Assembly: GCA_030647485.1 (NCBI GenBank)
Contig: JAUSJT010000004.1
Coordinates: forward strand, 109,088 to 173,087
From: a bacterium
GTDB lineage: Bacteria; Patescibacteriota; Minisyncoccia; Minisyncoccales; UBA10102
DNA length: 64,000 nt
Reading direction: 5' to 3'
Shown one piece after another: positions 1 to 8,278 of this stretch. The notes beneath the pieces are model-generated. The model ran no database searches, was not told the DNA's origin, and saw nothing but the letters and a program-made list of their open reading frames with translations. The position numbers were made by a program, and so were the translations under genes. Position 1 is the first letter of the stretch. The number at the start of each line of letters is the position of its first letter.

Positions 1-186
1 AAAGCAAAAGGAAGCCTGCTCTTTACTACTATTAGAGTTATCGGTCCGCAGAAGGTATTCCAGGAGGCGGTCCCATCACGTGTCACGATCATTGGCACAT
101 CCGGAAGAAGCGATATCTTCCGCATCTGGTCCAATCAAGAGGAAGTCATGGAATCAGCTCAAGCTGAAGTCGCAGAGCTTCAGTGA
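1..186 (+). CDS. 3' end of an unidentified protein-coding gene (5' part lies outside the window)
   Basis: Frame-1 ORF open from the window edge to TGA 184-186 (...RVTIIGTSGRSDIFRIW...AEVAELQ*), followed by a hairpin terminator. Confidence 0.4.
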   Translation, partial: KAKGSLLFTTIRVIGPQKVFQEAVPSRVTIIGTSGRSDIFRIWSNQEEVMESAQAEVAELQ

Positions 187-200
187 GTGGGTTTGTTAGC

Positions 201-230
201 AGCTCCGCTTTTGCGGGGCTTTTTCTTTTT
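201..230 (+). terminator. intrinsic terminator
   Basis: AGCTCCGC-tttt-GCGGGGCT hairpin followed by TTTTTCTTTTT. Confidence 0.6.
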
Positions 231-279
231 GAAAAGAGGTCGCCAAAAGAGTGGTTTTTTGTTATGCTAGACAGGAAAT

Positions 280-1125
280 ATGAAACATGTGAGCTTTACG
301 CAGCTGATGACCTATGTGAGATGCCCAGAGCATTATTTGTTTCGTTATGTATTAGGTATAAAGCGTCCTCCAGGGAAAGCCCAGAAGCATGGGTTTGCGC
401 TTCACGAGACCTTTGCGTATCACTTTGACCAGAAAAAGAAGGATTCTAAAGGGTTGAATGCACGAGAGGCAAAGGAGTTTTTCGTTGAGGTATTCCGGAG
501 TGCGTTAGAAGAATATGAAACGGAGATGGAGGAGACGAAACGTCTCATCACAAAAGAATTCCTTTCAAAGGAAAAGGGGATTGATGTGAATCAGCTTGTT
601 GCCACGGGCTTGCGGGGCATTGATGTGTATTTCAGGGATATGAATCCGAAGATCTCACCAGATTTAGTTGAGGAACCATTTTCCATCCCAACTGCGAGTA
701 AGGTGGATCTTGTAGGCAGGATAGATATGACTGATAAGAAGGGGGTTATTCACGAGTTAAAGACCACGAGGCGCATGCCCAATGCCCAAGATATTCAACT
801 AGATCAGCAGCTCGCCATTTACCAACTGGCCTACCAATCACTCAAGGGTAAGCTTCCTAAAGGTATTACCAAAGATTACATTGTATTCTCAAAGCGCGAC
901 GCCAAAATAGTTCAGTTTCGCGTGGACAAGCCTTTCTTTGACAAGAACGTGGTGTTCCGGAATATAGCTGTCATCATGGAGGCAGTACGGCGCAACATTT
1001 TTTACTGCATTCACCCTGCAGAGAGCTGGGTATGCTCAAAAGAATGGTGCGGGTTTTACAAACTTCACAAAGAGTTGCGAGAGAAGGGGTTCGCAAAATT
1101 TATGCTACAATACTCAAGGAAATGA
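280..1125 (+). CDS. PD-(D/E)XK nuclease, RecB/Cas4-like, with Cys cluster
   Basis: 281 aa; D...ELK core (GRIDMTD...IHELK), QxxxY (QLAIYQLAY), N-terminal Cys (VRCPEHY) plus C-terminal CX8CX4C as in Cas4/AddB-type nucleases. Confidence 0.75.
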   Translation: MKHVSFTQLMTYVRCPEHYLFRYVLGIKRPPGKAQKHGFALHETFAYHFDQKKKDSKGLNAREAKEFFVEVFRSALEEYETEMEETKRLITKEFLSKEKGIDVNQLVATGLRGIDVYFRDMNPKISPDLVEEPFSIPTASKVDLVGRIDMTDKKGVIHELKTTRRMPNAQDIQLDQQLAIYQLAYQSLKGKLPKGITKDYIVFSKRDAKIVQFRVDKPFFDKNVVFRNIAVIMEAVRRNIFYCIHPAESWVCSKEWCGFYKLHKELREKGFAKFMLQYSRK

Positions 1126-1838
1126 AAAACTCATATACCGTCATTCATCTTGGGGGATCCATTGTGGTCCCCCATATTTCAGACCAAGGGGGAATGAATA
1201 TTCCCTTTTTAAAGAAGTTTCGAGTATTTCTGCAAAAAGAGTTAAAGAAAGGAAGGCGTTTTCTCATTGTTATTGGAGGTGGAAAGACCGCCAGGGCATA
1301 TCAGAAATCAGCATCTAAAGTAGTGAAGATAAAAGATTATGATTTAGATTGGATTGGTATTCACGCAACGAGGTTAAATGCGCATCTCTTGCGCACTATT
1401 TTTGAAAAGGAAGCATATCCTGTTGTTATTGATCACGATCCCGAACAGGAAGAAGTGCAGATGTTAAAGTCTTCAAATAAAAAGCTTTTCTTTGCTTCAG
1501 GATGGAGACCTGGATGGTCAACCGATTATATTGCAGTGGAATTGGCAAGGAAATTTGGAGTACAGGAGGTTATCATCGCAAAAGATACTCCCTTTGTGTA
1601 TGACAAGGACCCTGGAAAATATGCTGACGCAAAGCCGATGCATGCACTATCTTGGAAGGAATACAAAAAGTTTGTCCCCAAAACATGGAGCCCTGGGTTG
1701 TCTTCTCCGGTGGATCCTGTCGCAACCCGCCTTGCAGAAAAGGTGGGCATTACCGCCAAGATTTTACAGGGAACAAATCTTCACAATTTCCAGAAGGCAA
1801 TCCAAGGGAAGTCCTTTGAGGGAACTACAATATCCTGA
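1122..1838 (+). CDS. amino-acid-kinase-fold protein, archaeal-type UMP kinase-like
   Basis: ATG 1122 overlaps the upstream stop (ATGA); MKNSYTVIHLGGSIVV...LIVIGGGKTARAYQ motifs; the ORF-track start at 1032 is an upstream extension. Confidence 0.6.
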   Translation: MKNSYTVIHLGGSIVVPHISDQGGMNIPFLKKFRVFLQKELKKGRRFLIVIGGGKTARAYQKSASKVVKIKDYDLDWIGIHATRLNAHLLRTIFEKEAYPVVIDHDPEQEEVQMLKSSNKKLFFASGWRPGWSTDYIAVELARKFGVQEVIIAKDTPFVYDKDPGKYADAKPMHALSWKEYKKFVPKTWSPGLSSPVDPVATRLAEKVGITAKILQGTNLHNFQKAIQGKSFEGTTIS

Positions 1839-1924
1839 GATAAGGGCAGGGCTTTTCATCCATTGCTTTTTTTCAAGAAATTCTGCATACTTATTACAAT
1901 CTGTGAGATAGAAAGGAGGGGACG

Positions 1925-2629
1925 ATGGTTATTCGGATTACGCCCGTGAACATCGCCCTTGTTGCGGTGTTCATTGGGTTGCCAATCTTGCTGTGGACGA
2001 ATGAAATGCTCTTTGTACGATGGTTTAGCGGGACTTCAGGGTTGCTGGCGATTACAGTGTTAGCTTTTATTGGAAACTTTACAATCCTTTTTCCAGCACC
2101 CGCGCTTGGGCTTATAATGCCTATAGTGTCTCGGCTTGCAGAGCAGAATGGCCTCGTTCTGATTAGCGCGCTCTACGCATTAGGCTCTGCCCTCGGGGAG
2201 ACGAGCGGATATCTTGCAGGGAGAAAAGGGGCCGATATCCCGTTCTTTGGAGATTCTAAATGGCATCAGGCTTTAGAGGGGTGGCTTCGCGGAAAGAAAA
2301 CGGATGTTGCGCTCCTGATTCTTTCGGCGTTTCCAGTTATTCTTCCATTTGATGTGGCGGGAATAATTGCAGGGAGTATGCGGCATCCCTGGTGGCGATT
2401 CGTTGCCTCTACGTTCTTTGGCCGGTTGATCAAGTACGTGATGTTCATCCAGATGTGGCAGACGGTGGACAATCTTTCTGGATATTTCGCATGGGCCGTG
2501 TTTACCTGCGTCTTCGTTGGGTCGTGGATTATCGTATTGCGGTACAGGAAAACACTATGGATGTATCTGTCCGTCTTTTGGATGAATGTCAGAACCAGGC
2601 GCATTCGTATTAAGCTAGCATGGGCTTGA
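1925..2629 (+). CDS. DedA/YqaA-like (SNARE-associated/VTT) integral membrane protein
   Basis: 234 aa, multiple TM segments, GETSGYLAGRKG motif; GGAGG 5 nt upstream of the ATG. Confidence 0.5.
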   Translation: MVIRITPVNIALVAVFIGLPILLWTNEMLFVRWFSGTSGLLAITVLAFIGNFTILFPAPALGLIMPIVSRLAEQNGLVLISALYALGSALGETSGYLAGRKGADIPFFGDSKWHQALEGWLRGKKTDVALLILSAFPVILPFDVAGIIAGSMRHPWWRFVASTFFGRLIKYVMFIQMWQTVDNLSGYFAWAVFTCVFVGSWIIVLRYRKTLWMYLSVFWMNVRTRRIRIKLAWA

Positions 2630-2631
2630 TA

Positions 2632-2665
2632 GGCAGGGTCTAAGACCCTGCCTCTTTTCTTTTCG
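2632..2665 (+). terminator. intrinsic terminator
   Basis: GGCAGGGTC-taa-GACCCTGCC followed by a T-rich run. Confidence 0.8.
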
Positions 2666-2789
2666 TGAAGCTTTAATCGGACTAAGTTTTTTGGTTATGC
2701 TTGCGAAGAAGGGAATTGTACGGTATAGAAGAGATAGCTATCGCAGAGTTTTTCTGCATCTTATATCTAGCATCATTGGAGGTGCAATT

Positions 2790-3494
2790 ATGGCTAAGTT
2801 AGGGACCTACTCTTACCCGGATATCCGCTACGGCGATGCAGTAGAAATCGCCGGACGAATCCTGAGTAAGTTCCGAGGCACAGTGACCGTCAAAGGTCTG
2901 GCCTGGGAGCTGACCATGGCAGAGAACAGCGGCACCCTCTTCGCCAAAATTGCCGCGCTCAGGGACTTTGGCTTGGTAGAGGGGCGGGGAGAGCTAAGGA
3001 TTTCAGACCTGGCCCGTAGGATTATCCATCCCGCCAACCCTGAAGAGAGTCGTCAGGCCCGCATCGAAGCTTTCCATCGGGTGGACCTGCTGCGAGCGCT
3101 CTACGAGAAGTTTGAAGGCGAAGCTCCAGACGACTCTGCCCTGCTGATAACCCTGGAGGAGATTACTAAGGCGCCTCGGGAAGAGATTGTGCGACGATTC
3201 AGTCTTATTCAGAAACATCTGGGTGACGTAGCCCGGGCGATGCGGCCTATATCGGCCCCGATGAGCGCAGAACATCCTCCTAGCAGCCAGCCAAGATTTT
3301 CCGCAACGTCTCCCCAGGAGGAGCATCCGTCCCAGGAACCTTTGGCGGATAGCTCAGTCCTTTATCTGGTTGCCGGCGAGGCCCGCCTCAATGTGCCTCT
3401 GACCCCCGAGTACATAGACGTGGCCATTGGTCTGCTCCGCGCCATGCGGACTTCACTGGAGGCGGCACAGGGGGCAAGGCCTGCCTTAGGTTAG
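2790..3494 (+). CDS. hypothetical protein (visibly GC-richer than its neighbours)
   Basis: ATG 2790 preceded by GGAGGT at 7 nt; 234 aa MAKLGTYSYPDIRYGD...; no family recognised; the ORF-track start at 2691 lacks an RBS. Confidence 0.6.
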   Translation: MAKLGTYSYPDIRYGDAVEIAGRILSKFRGTVTVKGLAWELTMAENSGTLFAKIAALRDFGLVEGRGELRISDLARRIIHPANPEESRQARIEAFHRVDLLRALYEKFEGEAPDDSALLITLEEITKAPREEIVRRFSLIQKHLGDVARAMRPISAPMSAEHPPSSQPRFSATSPQEEHPSQEPLADSSVLYLVAGEARLNVPLTPEYIDVAIGLLRAMRTSLEAAQGARPALG

Positions 3495-3521
3495 GGCAGT
3501 AGGCTCCCCTAGGAGAAAAGC

Positions 3522-3561
3522 AGAGAGGTGTTGTGGCAACAACCCTCTCTTTTATTTTTTT
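3522..3561 (+). terminator. intrinsic terminator
   Basis: AGAGAGG...CCTCTCT hairpin followed by TTTTATTTTTTT. Confidence 0.7.
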
Positions 3562-3596
3562 GTTATTCTCCTATTTTGTGATACACTTTTACTGCT

Positions 3597-3656
3597 ATGA
3601 GTCTTTCTGTTGGCATGGTTGGGACACAACCCGACATGAGGAGGGGGAGAGATTGA
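3597..3656 (+). pseudogene. possible relic of a ychF 5' end
   Basis: ATG AGT CTT TCT GTT GGC ATG GTT GGG... (MSLSVGMVG) mirrors the true YchF N-terminus MASLSVGIVG at 4245, then stops after 19 codons. Confidence 0.25.
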
Positions 3657-3756
3657 TACCGTTTGAGTTTAATATCCAGCTTTCTATAAGATGTTAGACG
3701 TCGTACGTCTAACACTTTACCAAATCGCTAGAAGGTTCCTTATCTCCGCGCGGAGC

Positions 3757-3785
3757 TTGCTTTATTCATTTAGCGATAGTACTAT
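3757..3785 (+). promoter_or_regulatory. sigma70-type promoter of hicBA (leaderless-type spacing)
   Basis: TTGCTT-17 nt-TACTAT, then 6 nt to ATG 3792. Confidence 0.5.
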
Positions 3786-3791
3786 AGATAT

Positions 3792-4010
3792 ATGACATAT
3801 AAATCCACCGCAGTTATTAGAAAAGAAGGCAAATGGTTTATTGCCCGTTCTTTGGAGTTGGGTGTAACCAGTCAGGGCAGAACCATTGAAGAGGCAAAGA
3901 ACAATCTTATAGAGGCAGTTGAGTTATACCTTGAAGATATGCCAAAGAGTAGAAGTGTCCTTACTCGAGAAGCACCCTTGGTTACTTCTATAGAAGTTGG
4001 CCGTGGCTAA
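3792..4010 (+). CDS. hicB: HicB-family antitoxin
   Basis: 72 aa; ...VIRKEGKWFIARSLELGVTSQGRTIEEAKNNLIEAVELYLED, a typical HicB N-terminal fold signature. Confidence 0.75.
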   Translation: MTYKSTAVIRKEGKWFIARSLELGVTSQGRTIEEAKNNLIEAVELYLEDMPKSRSVLTREAPLVTSIEVGRG

Positions 4011-4227
4011 AACGTTCTCTGGAAAAGAAGTGATGAAAGTTTTAATCCGTGAATTCGGATTTTCTTTTGTTTCCCAGAAAGGAAGCCATGCAAAATTGAA
4101 AAAGAAAGTACGAGGGAGAATCGTTACGACGATTGTGCCTATACATAGAGAACTGGCGCATGGGACGCTTCTCGGCGCTTTGGAGCTTGCTGGAATAGAA
4201 GAGCAGGATTTCAGGGAAGCAGTTTAA
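3997..4227 (+). CDS. hicA: HicA-family mRNA interferase toxin
   Basis: 76 aa; GKEVMKVLIREFGFSFVSQKGSHAKL (YcfA/HicA GSH motif); TTG start overlaps the hicB stop (GTG 4003 is an alternative). Confidence 0.75.
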   Translation: MAVAKTFSGKEVMKVLIREFGFSFVSQKGSHAKLKKKVRGRIVTTIVPIHRELAHGTLLGALELAGIEEQDFREAV

Positions 4228-4244
4228 CTCAAAGAATCATCACG

Positions 4245-5309
4245 ATGGCATCATTATCCGTTGGCATTGTGGGCTTGCCTAATGTGGGGAAATCAACCCT
4301 GTTTCAGGCGCTCACGAAAAAGCCGGTGAATATTGCAAATTATCCTTTCTGTACTATTGATCCTAACGTAGGGGTTGTTCAGGTTCCGGATGAACGCGTA
4401 CAGAAGCTTGCTGATTTATTTAAATCAAAAAAAGTAATTCCCGCGGTAGTAGAATTTGTGGATATTGCAGGGTTAGTAAAGGGTGCTTCTAAGGGTGAGG
4501 GTTTGGGGAATCAGTTTCTTTCACATATCCGTGAGACTGACGCTATCTGCCAGGTAGTGCGCTGTTTTGAAGATCCAGACATCATTCATGTGGAGCAATC
4601 TGTGGATCCTGTACGAGACATTGATACGGTAAATACCGAACTCTTGTTAAAAGACTTGGAAACCGTTGAAAAGCGCTTGGGAACCATGGAAAAAGAAGTG
4701 AAGGGAGGGGATAAAGAAGCAATAATCAACTATCCAATCTTGCAGGAGTTCAAAATCACCCTTGAAAGGGGAGTGTCTGCGTTTTTGTATCAAAAAGAAC
4801 ATCCCGAAGCAAAAGCTGTGTTCAAAGAACTTCAGCTTTTGTCTGCAAAGCCTGTTATATATCTTTGCAATACGGACAAAAAAGAAATCTCGGAAGTTCT
4901 TAAAAAGAAGATTGGAGAGCTACACTCTTCTTTTGTTATCTTGAGCGCGAGAGAAGAATTGGATATTGTAAGTCTTTCAGAGCAAGAGGTGTTGGAGCTT
5001 GGCTTGAATTCTAGACTCCCCGCTTTGATTCAGAAAGCGTATGAGATTTTGAATTTGATTACTTTTTTTACAACTGGTCTTGACGAAACAAGGGCATGGA
5101 CGATTGAAAAGGGGATGACAGCGCCCCAGGCAGGAGGGGTTATCCATAGCGACTTTGAAAAGACATTTATCCGCGCAGAAGTCATACCGTGGAACGTACT
5201 ATTGGAAGTGGGAGGGTATACCCAGGCGTACGAAAAAGGTCAGGTCCGTACCGAGGGGAAAGAATACGTGGTGCAAGACGGGGATGTCATTGAAATCAAG
5301 CACGGCTAA
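4245..5309 (+). CDS. ychF: redox-regulated ribosome-binding ATPase YchF
   Basis: 354 aa; GIVGLPNVGKST P-loop, C-terminal TGS-like region ...YVVQDGDVIEIKH. Confidence 0.95.
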   Translation: MASLSVGIVGLPNVGKSTLFQALTKKPVNIANYPFCTIDPNVGVVQVPDERVQKLADLFKSKKVIPAVVEFVDIAGLVKGASKGEGLGNQFLSHIRETDAICQVVRCFEDPDIIHVEQSVDPVRDIDTVNTELLLKDLETVEKRLGTMEKEVKGGDKEAIINYPILQEFKITLERGVSAFLYQKEHPEAKAVFKELQLLSAKPVIYLCNTDKKEISEVLKKKIGELHSSFVILSAREELDIVSLSEQEVLELGLNSRLPALIQKAYEILNLITFFTTGLDETRAWTIEKGMTAPQAGGVIHSDFEKTFIRAEVIPWNVLLEVGGYTQAYEKGQVRTEGKEYVVQDGDVIEIKHG

Positions 5310-5311
5310 TT

Positions 5312-6457
5312 ATGGTATTTTTTGAGGTTGCAAAGAAAAGCAAAAAATCAAAGGCAAGGGCTGGGATTCTCCATACTTTACACGGGGATATTCTTACTCC
5401 TGCGTTTGTTCCCGTTGCGACAAAGGGCACCCTTAAGACTATTCCGCCCAAAGATTTTAAGGATATTGGCACGCAGGTTGCTTTTGTAAATACGTTTCAC
5501 TTAACCCTGCATCCAGGAGTTGATGTTATCAAACAGTTTGGAGGTATTCATGAGTATGCAAAACTACCTATTCCTTTAATAAGCGATTCTGCTGGATTCC
5601 AGGTGTTTTCCTTGGGAGGAAAGAAGAAGATAAAAACAAGGGAAGGAGATGAGGGATTGTTGTTGAGTATAGGTGAAGAGGGAGTACGATTCCGTTCTCC
5701 CCGGGACGGGAAAGAACTCATGTTCACCCCCGAGATTTCCATGCAGAACCAAGAAAAGATAGGAGCAGACATTCTCATGGCTTTTGACGAGTGTATTCCG
5801 TCTGGAGTGAAGTATGAATATTCCAAGCAGGCGACACAGCACACGCACGACTGGCTTTTGCGGTGCATTGCTGCAAAAGGAAGTCCTTCGACTCGCTCAG
5901 CTCGCTCAGGATTGCAGCAATTCCTTTACGGAATTGTGCAAGGTGGAGTGTTTAAAGACTTGAGGGTTCAATCAGCTCAATTTGTGGCGGAGCAGGGCAT
6001 AGACGGTATTGCGATTGGTGGAGTTTCGGTTGGAGAAACAAAAAAAGAGATGAGGGAACAGGTCGGCTGGGTTGCTCCACATCTTCCGCAAGAGCTTCCG
6101 CACCATCTTTTGGGGATTGGGCGTATTGAAGATATACTGGAGTTCGTAAAGCTCGGCATAGATACTTTTGACTGCGTGGAGCCTACGCGACTTGCGAGAA
6201 ACGGAACTGTGTTTCAACGGCAAGAAACAAAATTTCTGCGCATAGATCTTCTAAAATCAAAATACACAAAAGACAAAAACCCCATTCAAAAGAACTGCGG
6301 CTGCTATGCGTGCAAGAATTTTTCCTTGTCGTTTCTGCATCATTTATTTAAAGAACGAGAACTGTTGGGATATTATCTTGCAACATATCATAATCTTTTC
6401 TTTTTTGAGCAGGTCTTCAAAGAACTGCGCCAAAGCATTGCGCAGGGTAAACTATAG
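5312..6457 (+). CDS. tgt: tRNA-guanine transglycosylase (queuine tRNA-ribosyltransferase)
   Basis: 381 aa; ...TPAFVPVATKGT..., DSAGFQVFSL, C-terminal CxCxxC Zn site (CGCYACKNF). Confidence 0.9.
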   Translation: MVFFEVAKKSKKSKARAGILHTLHGDILTPAFVPVATKGTLKTIPPKDFKDIGTQVAFVNTFHLTLHPGVDVIKQFGGIHEYAKLPIPLISDSAGFQVFSLGGKKKIKTREGDEGLLLSIGEEGVRFRSPRDGKELMFTPEISMQNQEKIGADILMAFDECIPSGVKYEYSKQATQHTHDWLLRCIAAKGSPSTRSARSGLQQFLYGIVQGGVFKDLRVQSAQFVAEQGIDGIAIGGVSVGETKKEMREQVGWVAPHLPQELPHHLLGIGRIEDILEFVKLGIDTFDCVEPTRLARNGTVFQRQETKFLRIDLLKSKYTKDKNPIQKNCGCYACKNFSLSFLHHLFKERELLGYYLATYHNLFFFEQVFKELRQSIAQGKL

Positions 6458-7618
6458 AGAGTATTTTTCTTGGTCTACTACAAGCCCGTTCTGGTCCAGA
6501 AGTTCTATGGTATCGAATCTCTGCGTCAGAAGGTTCATATTCATATACACGTGCCACTCGTTTGTTGTAAAGCCAGATTCGTCCGCATGCCTTATAAAAC
6601 AACTGTTATATGTGAACCCAGTTGCCAGATCTGCCAGGTATGAGGTGCATTGGGTGTCCGCTTTTACCGTGATGTCTTTGGAATAATCTGGGAACTCGCA
6701 GGAAGAAAAGTTTATTTTCTTGAATATAAAGTCCTGGCATGCCTGAAGAAAGTAGAGAAGATCTTCTTCCCTCGGTTTGTCTATAGAACAAGAGGCGGGA
6801 ACCGTAAGGGGGAATGCATACCCAGACTTTAAGTACCCCATACATGTGTTTGGCCGAAAATGTTTTCCTAATCCAAACGGGCCCCGGCTGGATGAAAGGT
6901 ATACCGTATCTGATGCCCTCATATTAATAGAATCTCCTGCCTGCAGGGATGAAAATGGATTTATCCGTTCTATGCCTAGGGGGATTTGGAATTCTCCTGC
7001 CCTTCCCCGAATCTTCCATCCCGTGATGCTTATCTCTTCTCCTTGTTTGAGGTTTGCCCTGAGTGTTATAAGCGACGGAGTAGTAGTGCTTAAGGAAGAG
7101 ATTGTCACTTTCTGGAAATAGGGAGAGACGTTGATGGAAAATGTTCTTGAGGCGGGAGTTTGATCAACAACGGTGTTGAGTTTTGCTCGCGCAAAAAGCG
7201 TATATTCCTTTGGCCCTGCTGGTAGATTGAGGATTCTTGCGTTTGAGCTTTGAACCCAGTCAGAATCAATGCCTTGAATTTTACTCTCAAAGCTTATTGA
7301 TCCCTGGGTGTTCAGTGGATTCACAAACCCTGAAAATTCAAAGGTTACCCTAGTATCTGCAATGGATTCTTTCTCTTTTGGCCCTGTCGTAATGACAGTA
7401 TCAAGTACGAAGGAAGGAGGGGCTGGGGTTTGGGATTTCTGAAAAGCAGAAGGCGAGGGGGCTTGTTTTTGCTCTTTTTGATCAGAAGCTTTAGTAGCAA
7501 AGAAATACGGCCGTAGATGAGACAAAGAGTCTCCTACGCCCTTGAGGATGTTTCCTCCTCCACCAGAAAAGACGGTGATGAAAATGACAATAAAGATAGG
7601 GATAAGGAAAGCTATCAT
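6452..7618 (-). CDS. hypothetical membrane-anchored/secreted protein
   Basis: ORF track gives 6452-7687; ATG 7618 opens directly on the TM segment MIAFLIPIFIVIFITVF and lies 9 nt from a TATACT box; no family recognised. Confidence 0.5.
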   Translation of the reverse strand: MIAFLIPIFIVIFITVFSGGGGNILKGVGDSLSHLRPYFFATKASDQKEQKQAPSPSAFQKSQTPAPPSFVLDTVITTGPKEKESIADTRVTFEFSGFVNPLNTQGSISFESKIQGIDSDWVQSSNARILNLPAGPKEYTLFARAKLNTVVDQTPASRTFSINVSPYFQKVTISSLSTTTPSLITLRANLKQGEEISITGWKIRGRAGEFQIPLGIERINPFSSLQAGDSINMRASDTVYLSSSRGPFGLGKHFRPNTCMGYLKSGYAFPLTVPASCSIDKPREEDLLYFLQACQDFIFKKINFSSCEFPDYSKDITVKADTQCTSYLADLATGFTYNSCFIRHADESGFTTNEWHVYMNMNLLTQRFDTIELLDQNGLVVDQEKYSL

Positions 7619-7627
7619 AATAATGTA

Positions 7628-7634
7628 GTATACT
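7628..7634. promoter_or_regulatory. palindromic -10 box (AGTATACT) shared by two divergent genes
   Basis: Reads TATACT on both strands; 6 nt to ATG 7641 (+) and 9 nt to ATG 7618 (-). Confidence 0.4.
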
Positions 7635-7640
7635 GTAGGT

Positions 7641-8054
7641 ATGGGAAAAGGAAAGAGGGTTGTTGTGTTTGGGATATTTGATGGCATTCACGACGGCCAT
7701 CGGAGTTTGTTCTCACAGGCGAAAGAGCACGGTGATGAACTTATCGTTATAGTTGGTAGGAATTCCGCTTCCTTGAGGTGGAAGGGGAAGAAACCGCGAT
7801 ATTCCCAAAAAGAGCGTCTCCAGCTTGTTTCTAAAGAAGGGGGCATTGATCGCGTGGTACTCGGGGATGAAGAACAGTCCTCCTATGGGGTTTTCGAAGA
7901 GTTACATCCTGATGTTGTTTGCGTGGGTTACGACCAAGACGCCCTTTGGAAAGATCTTCAAGAATGGATCGTCAAGGAAAAGAAGGGCATTAAGATCGTT
8001 CGTCTTAAATCTTACTATCCCAAAACCTATCACAACTCAAAACTCCAAAGATAA
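7641..8054 (+). CDS. cytidylyltransferase-fold nucleotidyltransferase (FAD synthetase/RibL-like)
   Basis: 137 aa; VVVFGIFDGIHDGH (HxGH motif) near the N-terminus. Confidence 0.65.
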   Translation: MGKGKRVVVFGIFDGIHDGHRSLFSQAKEHGDELIVIVGRNSASLRWKGKKPRYSQKERLQLVSKEGGIDRVVLGDEEQSSYGVFEELHPDVVCVGYDQDALWKDLQEWIVKEKKGIKIVRLKSYYPKTYHNSKLQR

Positions 8055-8085
8055 ATTTATGCAAGGAAATGGGATTTTGAAGTTC

Positions 8086-8114
8086 TTTACAAATTCTTTT
8101 TCTCAGGGTATAAT
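8086..8114 (+). promoter_or_regulatory. sigma70-type promoter of the atp operon
   Basis: TTTACA-17 nt-TATAAT; 8 nt to the ATG of TATG 8122-8125 (left target copy of the inserted element). Confidence 0.6.
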
Positions 8115-8125
8115 CTCTTTCTATG

Positions 8126-8277
8126 CCCCGTACGAAATTTACACAGGCATAGTCACGCGAAGCGCGAGGGGCGAATAGCCCCATCCTTTCATGGGCGCAG
8201 CGCTTCGCCAATGACAGCATGCACCTATTCGGTGCGCGCACTGCGCAATGTAATAATATGGTAAATTTCTAACGGGG
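8126..8277 (+). mobile_element. 152-bp TIR element, copy A (non-coding relative of the GIY-YIG element)
   Basis: CCCCGTACGAAATTTAC...GTAAATTTCTAACGGGG termini, flanked by TATG on both sides; near-identical to 38754-38905 and 40729-40880. Confidence 0.75.
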
Positions 8278-8278
8278 T

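Noticed and set aside
6606-7290. Plus- and minus-strand small ORFs overlapping the 6452-7618 gene
   Set aside because: They sit in alternative frames of a longer coherent ORF and have no independent support.
8005-8241. ORFs crossing the 152-bp element copy A (7825-8178 + and 8005-8241 -)
   Set aside because: These frames are not preserved in copies B and C. They exist only because the GC-rich element lacks stops.
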